Part shown: positions 20,328-27,321 of the stretch, in pieces
Numbering within the stretch: position 1 is the stretch's first letter
Layout: the number at the start of each line of letters is the position of its first letter
Assembly: GCA_963728535.1 (NCBI GenBank)
Contig: CAVSKK010000002.1
Coordinates: 7,390 to 71,389 of the forward strand
DNA: 64,000 nucleotides
Direction: 5' to 3'
From: an uncultured Actinomycetes bacterium
GTDB taxonomy: Bacteria; Actinomycetota; Thermoleophilia; Gaiellales; Gaiellaceae
The notes under the pieces: generated by a model
What the model was told of the DNA's origin: nothing
Database searches by the model: none
The model's input: the letters and a program-made list of their open reading frames with translations, nothing else
Translations under genes and position numbers: made by a program

Positions 20328-20347
20328 TAGGAGCCGCAGAGCTGGGC

Positions 20348-20896
20348 CTAAGCGCTAGGCGCCTTGGCAAGCTGGGAGACGCACTTGCCGAAAGCGTTGC
20401 GGTCGTTCGCGTTCTTGCCGTACTTGGCGCGGAACTCGGGCACGCCCTCGCTGCGTTCCGCCTTGCACGTCGCGGCCGCGTTCAGCGTGTTCTGCTGGGC
20501 CTCGGCCGTGGCCTCATTCACCTTGGAAGAAACGCACTTGGCGAACGCGTTTCGGTGCCGCGGGCCGGTCCCGTAGAACTCGTCGAAGCTCTTGCCTTCG
20601 TGAGCCGCGGCGAAGTTCGGATCGGCCTGCTCGGCAGTGCACGCCGCGCGAGCGGCGAGCCTCGCCTGATGCGCCGCGCGAGTCCACTGCGAAACGCAGC
20701 GACCCATCGCGTTCTTGCGGTTGCTCTGCACCGTGCCATAGGTCGTCCGGAACAGGTCCAGACCCATCGACGCTCGGAGCGCCTTACAGGCGCGGGCGCC
20801 GTTTTCGCGGTCCTGGCCCGTCGGCGCGGCGGCGAACGAAGCGGCCGGGACGACGAGGACGGCGAGGGCTGCGGCAATCAGGATTCTTGACTTCAT
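20348..20896 (-). CDS. secreted protein with three tandem two-cysteine repeats
   Basis: AAGGAGG RBS and signal peptide MKSRILIAAALAVLVVPAASFA. Three copies of A-x-C-[KT]-A...F...YG...N-A-[FM]-[GA]-[KR]-C-V-S. Confidence 0.8.
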   Translation of the reverse strand: MKSRILIAAALAVLVVPAASFAAAPTGQDRENGARACKALRASMGLDLFRTTYGTVQSNRKNAMGRCVSQWTRAAHQARLAARAACTAEQADPNFAAAHEGKSFDEFYGTGPRHRNAFAKCVSSKVNEATAEAQQNTLNAAATCKAERSEGVPEFRAKYGKNANDRNAFGKCVSQLAKAPSA

Positions 20897-21023
20897 TTGT
20901 GTGAGCCTCCTTGGTGGGTCTTCTCACTAGAGCCCCGAGGATGTAAGAAATTCCGTCTGCGTCTGTAAGGATTCTGAAAATCACTCGTTTGGTTTTCAGG
21001 GTTGAAAAGCAGATAATCGCGGG

Positions 21024-21437
21024 GTGATCCGCACGTTTGCAGCGCTGGCCGGCACTGCAGCCGCGGTGGCCGGGCTCGACCTCGCACAGAAGGCGTTTTC
21101 GATCTCGGAGCGGGACGGCGCCGTGCTCGTGCACAGTCGCCCATCGCTCTACGTTGCCGGACTTGCGACAGCAGCGCTCGTCTGGGCCGTCGCGCTCGCG
21201 CGCGCGCGGTCGGCCTCGATTGCCGTTGCCGGTGGCATCGTGCTGGGCGGAGCGCTCGGGAACCTCGCCTCGATCGCGCTCTGGCCATCGCTCGCGGGCG
21301 TGCCCGATCCTCTTGTCGCCGGCGGAGTCGCGTTCAACGTCGCGGACGTCGCCGTCGCGGTCGGCTTCGTCTTGCTGCTCCCGGCGACGGCCCTCTTCGC
21401 CCTGAAGAACCGGGAGCGCCTCTTCGACCCGGTTTAG
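21024..21437 (+). CDS. signal peptidase II-like membrane protein (short)
   Basis: 137 aa with 4 hydrophobic segments. Motifs GGALGNL and FNVADV resemble LspA, but it is shorter than the usual LspA. Confidence 0.55.
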   Translation: MIRTFAALAGTAAAVAGLDLAQKAFSISERDGAVLVHSRPSLYVAGLATAALVWAVALARARSASIAVAGGIVLGGALGNLASIALWPSLAGVPDPLVAGGVAFNVADVAVAVGFVLLLPATALFALKNRERLFDPV

Positions 21438-21814
21438 CGGCGAAGGCTTCCACGGTGCGGCGCCGCAGAAGCCCTCAAGCCGCCGACAGAGCCTCGCGGA
21501 GAACCGACTCCTCCGCTAGACACGGATGGGTCAGTCCGAATTGTTTTACAAGTGAGGTTGTCCGCGCGGCGAAGACCAGATCCGGCGGCGATCCTCCCCC
21601 GAACGAATCGCTGCCTTGTGATCTGGTCTTCCTCGCTATGCGCCGAGATGGGTCGGCGCACCGGCGAGCCCGCCGTCCGGAGAAGACGGTGCCGTGTGGG
21701 CAAAGCGGCCCGGCCCTGCCGCAAAGGGCCGGCTCCGCTTGGCTCGGAGGCCTCAACGAGCACGACGACAGAATCGCAGCGAGCGTGACGCTTCGCCTGA
21801 CGCATTCGGGTCAA

Positions 21815-22294
21815 ATGTCAGACAGACTCCGCTCGATGAACGAGCAGGAGCTTGCGGCTTCCGCCAAGGCGATCATCGACTCGAATCGCTACATGGCGAT
21901 CGGAACCGCCGACGAGAGCGGGCAGCCGTGGGTCACGCCCGTCTGGTTCGCGCACGAGGGCTACCGGGAGTTCGTGTGGGTCTCGAAGCCGGGCGCACAG
22001 CACTCGCGCAACATCGCGGCGCGCCCGCAGGTGGCGATCGTGATCTTCGACTCGCAGGTTGCGCCGGGCTCGGCGCAGGCCGTGTACATGACGGCGCTCG
22101 CCGAGGAGGTCGCCGCCGACGAGCTCGAGCGGAGCCTCGGCATCTTCTCGCGTGAGTCCGAGGCGCAAGGGCTGAGCGTCTGGACGCGGGACACCGTGGT
22201 CTCGCCCGCCCGCCATCGTCTCTATCGCGCGACGGCGAGCGAGCATTTCGTCCTGTCGCCGCAGGACGAGCGGCTGGCGGTGACTCTTGACTAG
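21815..22294 (+). CDS. pyridoxamine 5'-phosphate oxidase-family (FMN-binding split barrel) protein
   Basis: Internal ATG at 21815. NRYMAIGTADESGQPWVTPVWF...VWVSKPGAQHSRNIAARPQVAIVIF pattern. Confidence 0.8.
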   Translation: MSDRLRSMNEQELAASAKAIIDSNRYMAIGTADESGQPWVTPVWFAHEGYREFVWVSKPGAQHSRNIAARPQVAIVIFDSQVAPGSAQAVYMTALAEEVAADELERSLGIFSRESEAQGLSVWTRDTVVSPARHRLYRATASEHFVLSPQDERLAVTLD

Positions 22295-22368
22295 GGGCTT
22301 AACCGGAACGGCGGGTGCTGCGACGGACGCCTTCGCGTTGCAAGCCGCGAACGGCTCTTCGGGCCTGT

Positions 22369-22915
22369 CTAGGAGCATCTCCTCAGTGTTAGCCAAGCCA
22401 GCGCCGCAACCACTCCGTGTGGTCCTCGGGTGCTGGCGACGAGAGCATCGTTTCGGTTGTAGACGTTCCACCGCCCGGCAGATGTCAGGCGAGTGGAACC
22501 CAAGCGCGTTGAGGGGTCGCCGTCGTTGAGTTTCCAAATGGTCCAGTGCGACCGAGACATGAGCTTCGCGGACCCCCATCTGTACTTCGCATTTTCGCAG
22601 CCCGAGGTAAACCTCCGAATGTCGTCCATCCGGATCCAGGGAAAGATGTAGGGCCCCCAGGAGGGTGCCCAGGAGCCCGAACCAACCGGTTTCACATATC
22701 CCACTCGCCGGCCGTGGACAACGATGAACGTCTTGGCTTTCGCGCTCGGTGAAGGCCGGCTGGGCGCTTGCGAGCGGTTCAACCATCAGTGCTCGGACAC
22801 GTGCGGCGGCAGATCCCGCTCCTGCCGTCGCCTGCGAAGCGGCAACGAGAGTCAAGACCAGCGCGACGAATGGCAGGCTTGCCGACGCGCAGTTGAGTCG
22901 TCGAACCTTGCTCAT
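22369..22915 (-). pseudogene. secreted Trp-rich protein gene, apparently frameshifted
   Basis: GAGGAGG RBS plus signal peptide MSKVRRLNCASASLPFVALVLTLVAASQATA in one frame (from 22915). The only protein-like continuation (KTFIVVHGRRVGYVKP...WIRMDDIRRFTSGCENAKYRWGS...) is in the +1 frame (22782-22369). A TGA in that frame at 22788-22786 places the junction near 22740-22786. Confidence 0.6.
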
Positions 22916-23056
22916 GCTTCCTCCTCTTGTTTGACCGGCTGTGGTCGCTCAGACATCGGCTGAGCATGCGCCGCGCTTCTCACACAGCGCTCACGTCCGG
23001 CTCACAAGGGTCGTCCTCGCCTGAGCGTGCGCTTCAGTTCCACGCTCTGCGAGCTA

Positions 23057-23689
23057 CTAGGGGTTCAACTGGAACGGCGGGTACTCGTCCGTCACGAGCA
23101 CGAACGCGTAGGCGACGACGCGGTTCTCCCAGCGCAGCACACCCTCGACGAACTCGAACGCCCCGCGCGGAAAGCGGCCCGTGAAGAGGATCGCGAACCA
23201 GGCGTAGATCCCCACGAAGATCGCAGCGATCCACAGGAAGATGAGCACGATGTAGTGCGGAATCGCCAGGAACCACTTGACGAGCGGAAGCCAGCGATTC
23301 AGGTCGCGCGCAGCGTCGGGGTAGGCAAAGTCGAGCGTGACGCCCTGGTGCTCGTCGGTGGACGGGTAGCGATCGTCCATCAGGGAGAGGTAGACGGCGA
23401 TCCTGTTCGAGAACCTCATCAGCTCGAGGTTCCAGTCGAACCACCAGCGCGGGTACTTCTGGCGGAAGACGACCATCAGGAGCGTCGGCAGGAAGAGAAG
23501 CCCGCCCGCGCCGACCGCGAACGCCCAGGTCTGGAACCCAGCGCTACCCGACATCGCCGCGGCGACGATCAGGATCGGAATGGCCCAGAAGATCCTGAGC
23601 CCCGTCGTCAGCCGGTTGAGGTCACGATCCGGGTATTCGACCGAGAACTCGACTGGATAAGGCTGGTTGATCTGGTTGCTTGGCTCCAT
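23057..23689 (-). CDS. DUF4389-family membrane protein
   Basis: PVEFSVEYPDRDLNRLTTGLRIFWAIPILIV...FAILFTGRFPRGAFEF...YAFVLVTDEYPPF. Characteristic DUF4389 layout. Confidence 0.85.
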   Translation of the reverse strand: MEPSNQINQPYPVEFSVEYPDRDLNRLTTGLRIFWAIPILIVAAAMSGSAGFQTWAFAVGAGGLLFLPTLLMVVFRQKYPRWWFDWNLELMRFSNRIAVYLSLMDDRYPSTDEHQGVTLDFAYPDAARDLNRWLPLVKWFLAIPHYIVLIFLWIAAIFVGIYAWFAILFTGRFPRGAFEFVEGVLRWENRVVAYAFVLVTDEYPPFQLNP

Positions 23690-23847
23690 GGTTCCGACCT
23701 CCTCGTTCGCGTGAGTGCCGATCCTGTCACCAAAGCGCCCAACTCCGCTCTGCTCCTCTTCACCGTCAGCAGAGCAGCGTGCCCCTCTCAGCGAGGGTAG
23801 GCGCGGCTAAGCAAGTGATGCCTGGAGTGAGCGCTCAACCAGCCGCC

Positions 23848-25320
23848 TCACCAGTCGACCGACCACTGGTGGTCGAAGTTCGGCCCGCTGCGGAAGTACC
23901 ACATGCCTGTACTGATGCGGCGAAGCCCGATGTCGTCGACACCGTCGCCGTTGAAGTCTCCGGCGACCGGCTGGAGATCGGTGCCAGAGCCGCTCGTCCA
24001 GGAGTCGCTCCACTGGAAGTCGAAGTTCGGCCCGCTGCGGAAGTACCACATGCCTGTACTGATGCGGCGAAGCCCGATGTCGTCGACACCGTCGCCGTTG
24101 AAGTCGCCGGCGACCGGCTGGAGATCGGTGCCAGAGCCGCTCGTCCAGGAGTCGCTCCACTGGAAGTCGAAGTTCGGCCCGCTGCGGAAGTACCACATGC
24201 CTGTACTGATGCGGCGAAGCCCGGTGTCGTCGACACCATCGCCGTTGAAGTCGCCGGCGATCGGCTGGAGATCGGTGCCAGAGCCGCTCGTCCAGGAGTC
24301 GCTCCACTGGAAGTCGAAGTTCGGCCCGCTGCGGAAGTACCACATGCCTGTACTGATGCGGCGAAGCCCGGTGTCGTCGACACCATCGGCGTTGAAGTCG
24401 CCGGCGATCGGCTGGAGATCGGTGCCAGAGCCGCTCGTCCAGGAGTCGCTCCACTGGAAGTCGAAGTTCGGCCCGCTGCGGAAGTACCACATGCCTGTAC
24501 TGATGCGGCGAAGCCCGATGTCGTCGACGCGGTCACCGTTGAAGTCGCCGACAACCGGCTCTAAACCGGGTCCGCTGCCAGGAGGCGGGGGCGGTGGGGG
24601 TGGGGGCGGTGGGGGCGGAGGCGGTGGCGGCGGAGGCGGGGGTCCTCCCGCACAGCGCTGTCGCAGTCGTCGGTTCGACGATCCCAGTTTTCCGATGGGA
24701 GACCGCGCAGAAACCCGAGTGCCGGCGAGGCCCTTACTGATCCAGCACGAGTGCCTCGTCGAGCTCGCATTCTTGAGTTCGATGTGCGTATGCCGGGCGG
24801 TGTAACAACCATCGTCGGCGATCCGCTCCGCGGTAATCCTCCCAAGAACCGTGCCATTCCTAAAAGGACCAGTCGTCTTGAGGCGATCGAGGTGCGCGTA
24901 GCTCATCCAGCCCATATACGTGCGACCTGCGTAGACATGGAGCGCGATTCCATGCCCGCCGCGATTTGCGCCGCACGAATCCCACGTGTTGCGGAGTCGG
25001 AAAGTGAGCCGCCCCCGGGAGCTAGCGGCAAAAAGTCTGACGGGCGTGCCTGCCGGCGCGTACAGATCGGTAGCCCAGTCGCCCCCAAATGTGTGATGGA
25101 CAGAAGGGTGGCTTGAGGTTCTGTCGTTGTACGGGGGGCGGACGATGATGTTGTAGCCCCACCGGCCCGAAAAGGGCATTCCGACCGTCACGACCGGCGA
25201 TGCCGTCACGCCCCGGTCGCGGGCCTCGCGTGCCGCTCCCGTTCCTGCGCCGATGGTTGCGACCACTGCTACTCCCGCCGCAAGCACACCGAACAGAAGC
25301 CTGCGTTGTCGGAAGTTCAT
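23848..25320 (-). CDS. secreted M23-like metallopeptidase - polyproline linker - FG-GAP/VCBS-like repeat protein
   Basis: Signal peptide. M23-like HxxxD...HxH (HHTFGGDWATD ... ARHTHIE). 21 consecutive Pro codons. Then about 4.7 copies of a 49-aa unit containing GDFNGDGVDD. Confidence 0.85.
   Translation of the reverse strand: MNFRQRRLLFGVLAAGVAVVATIGAGTGAAREARDRGVTASPVVTVGMPFSGRWGYNIIVRPPYNDRTSSHPSVHHTFGGDWATDLYAPAGTPVRLFAASSRGRLTFRLRNTWDSCGANRGGHGIALHVYAGRTYMGWMSYAHLDRLKTTGPFRNGTVLGRITAERIADDGCYTARHTHIELKNASSTRHSCWISKGLAGTRVSARSPIGKLGSSNRRLRQRCAGGPPPPPPPPPPPPPPPPPPPPPGSGPGLEPVVGDFNGDRVDDIGLRRISTGMWYFRSGPNFDFQWSDSWTSGSGTDLQPIAGDFNADGVDDTGLRRISTGMWYFRSGPNFDFQWSDSWTSGSGTDLQPIAGDFNGDGVDDTGLRRISTGMWYFRSGPNFDFQWSDSWTSGSGTDLQPVAGDFNGDGVDDIGLRRISTGMWYFRSGPNFDFQWSDSWTSGSGTDLQPVAGDFNGDGVDDIGLRRISTGMWYFRSGPNFDHQWSVDW
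23866..24562. repeat. 147-bp tandem repeat, about 4.7 near-identical copies (coding)
   Basis: The marker cccgctgcggaagtaccacatgcc recurs at 23884, 24031, 24178, 24325 and 24472, exactly 147 bp apart. Only a few substitutions per unit. Confidence 0.95.
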
Positions 25321-25495
25321 CGCGAACCATCATATGCGCGCTTACGACGCACTCAAAGAGATACTCGACAAGAGAATCGGGAGACCATAGGTGTCAGGTC
25401 TTGCAATCACACAGTGTGGCACCGCAAGACCTGACACTGCACCTTTGTGGACGCCACGCCTTCGTCGCGTTCCAAGCCGCAATAGCCTTACGGTC

Positions 25496-26563
25496 ATGGA
25501 TCTGACGAAGATCGGCTTCGAGTTGAAGAACTACCGCTGCTTCCACGAGTCGGCTCCAGCGAAATTTGAGCTGGGTCATGGATTCACCTCATTCGTAGGC
25601 ACAAACAACTCAGGCAAATCCACCCTCCTCAGGTTCTTTTACGAGTTTCGCGAGCTCTTCCAGAAACTGGGGCCAAACCAGTTGGCAGGCACCATGCAAG
25701 CGTCTCCCCTCGGTATCAGCCTCCTTGGCACTTCCGACCCGGCGGATATCTACTCAGACACAAACCCCCGAGGGCTTAGCTTCACGATGTCTGTCAGCGC
25801 GAACGAGCCCTCCCCGCTGCCCGTCCCATCGCGGATCGAGTTCAGCCTTGAGCGTGGGAGCACAAATGTGACCGCCCAGGCGTACATCGAGGAAGAGCCG
25901 ATTCGCCGCGATTTGATCGGCTTCGATGTTGAGACGCTTCAGCTCGGCGGCGTTGGACACGTAGCGAACTTCGCGCCGTACTTCGAGGCATTCAGGCTTC
26001 TCTCCCAAGCGATATACATCGGTCCCTTCAGAAACGCCATCAACGCAGGTTCGACCGAGTCGTACTACGACCTGAACGTCGGGCAGGCATTCATCAGAGC
26101 CTGGCGACTGTTCAAGACCGGCCCATCACGGGCGAACCGCCTTGCGGCGATCGAAGTCACTGAGGTGATTCGTCGGATCTTCGACTTCGACGAGCTGGAG
26201 ATCAATGCGTCTGAGGACGCCGGCACCCTGGTGATCAACATCGACAACAAGCCCTATCACCTCCAAGAGCTAGGAGCTGGAATCGCTCACTTCATCATCG
26301 TCTTGGCTTACGCCGCCACACGTAAACCATCACTAATTCTGATTGATGAACCAGAGTCGAACCTCCACCCATCGCTACAGATGGACTTCCTGACGACCCT
26401 CGGGACATTTGGAAATTACGGCGTGGCTTTCGCTAGCCATAGTCTCGGCCTGGCTCGGGCAGCGAGCGAAACCATCTACTCCGTGCGACGGGAGCGCCAA
26501 GGGATCAGCCTGCTTCAACCGTTGAGGCCACGACCAACCTGGCGGAGTTCTTGGGCTCGTTGA
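25496..26563 (+). CDS. OLD/AAA15-type ABC ATPase (AriA/OLD N-terminal-domain-like)
   Basis: Walker A GTNNSGKST, signature-like LQELGAGIAHF, Walker B LILIDEPESNLHP, H-loop ASHS. ATG at 25496. The last ~15 codons (LRPRPTWRSSWAR) look out of frame. Lower GC than the surroundings. Confidence 0.85.
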   Translation: MDLTKIGFELKNYRCFHESAPAKFELGHGFTSFVGTNNSGKSTLLRFFYEFRELFQKLGPNQLAGTMQASPLGISLLGTSDPADIYSDTNPRGLSFTMSVSANEPSPLPVPSRIEFSLERGSTNVTAQAYIEEEPIRRDLIGFDVETLQLGGVGHVANFAPYFEAFRLLSQAIYIGPFRNAINAGSTESYYDLNVGQAFIRAWRLFKTGPSRANRLAAIEVTEVIRRIFDFDELEINASEDAGTLVINIDNKPYHLQELGAGIAHFIIVLAYAATRKPSLILIDEPESNLHPSLQMDFLTTLGTFGNYGVAFASHSLGLARAASETIYSVRRERQGISLLQPLRPRPTWRSSWAR

Positions 26564-27108
26564 GCTTTGCGGACTACCAGGAACTGGGATTCAGTTTGGT
26601 CGTCTTGGTCGAGGGTCCCACCGATACGGCTGCATTACAGCGCTTTCTCCGTCTCTACGGGATTGGGCACCAGATTGTCCTTCTTCCACTAGGTGGCAGC
26701 ACGACCATCAGGGCTACGGCAGAAAGCCAGCTCGAAGAACTCAAACGGATCACGACAAACCTCCACGTCCTAATCGATAGCGAGCGAGCAACCGAAGGAG
26801 CACCACTCGACAAGCCGCGGCGAGCATTTGTAGAGGCCTGCAAGGAATTGAGGATCGATTGCCATGTCCTAGAGAGGCGAGCGCTGGAGAACTACTTCCC
26901 AGACCGCGCCGTTAACGAAGTGAAGGGGCCGAAGTACAGAGCTCTTCGACCCTTCGAGAAGCTGGCGGATGTCAAGCCAGCGTGGAGCAAGGCGGAGAAT
27001 TGGCGAATCGCCAGCGCTATGACACGGGAAGAAGTTGAAGCTGCCGCCGACCTGGGCAAATTCCTCGCGAGGTTGGAGAAACTTTGCGCGAAGGCATCTA
27101 GCCGTTAG
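26551..27108 (+). CDS. OLD-type Toprim nuclease domain protein (AriB/OLD C-terminal-domain-like)
   Basis: Toprim Glu motif VLVEGPTD, acidic motif LIDSE, distal ALENYF. TTG start overlaps the ATPase ORF by 13 nt in the -1 frame. This frame is open for at least ~30 codons upstream (VEATTNLAEFLGSL...). Confidence 0.8.
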   Translation: MGSLSFADYQELGFSLVVLVEGPTDTAALQRFLRLYGIGHQIVLLPLGGSTTIRATAESQLEELKRITTNLHVLIDSERATEGAPLDKPRRAFVEACKELRIDCHVLERRALENYFPDRAVNEVKGPKYRALRPFEKLADVKPAWSKAENWRIASAMTREEVEAAADLGKFLARLEKLCAKASSR

Positions 27109-27321
27109 TTCCCAAAGGCCAACTACCGAACGCTGCCGAGGTATCTCCGGAATCAACTGCTTAATGCTCGGCGACGAGCGGCCGATAGCCCTCAGGAGCA
27201 GCAACCACACCTGCTGCTACCGTAGGACCCGAAGTTTTTATGAGTTTTTCCACTTACCCACGCTGCGCGCGCACCGCCCTTCGGGTGTCGTCTGCGCGCG
27301 CGCCACAGAAGGAGTTTTCGT
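27109..27321 (+). promoter_or_regulatory. structured 5' leader of rne (candidate)
   Basis: Hairpins agcagca/tgctgct and gcgcgcgca/tgcgcgcgc, then GAAGGAG 8 nt before the TTG start. Confidence 0.3.

Noticed and set aside
21560-21640. Calling the C-rich-loop hairpin a 6C sRNA gene
   Set aside because: 6C has two C-rich loops. Only one is present here, and I cannot run a covariance model. I kept it only as a finding.
21818-22915. 365-aa minus ORF taken as one gene
   Set aside because: Only the first ~40 codons (signal peptide) look real. The remainder is Arg-rich and runs antisense through the PNPOx-family gene. I replaced it with the frameshift interpretation.
23866-24562. Possible CRISPR array (regular repeats)
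   Set aside because: The units are contiguous 147-bp coding repeats with no unique spacers, and there are no cas genes.
23680-24805. Plus-strand repeat-containing ORFs (294 aa and 300 aa) and other minus frames across the 147-bp array
   Set aside because: These are alternative frames of the same tandem repeat. Only the 23848-25320 minus frame links a signal peptide, an M23 domain, a Pro linker and FG-GAP-like motifs.
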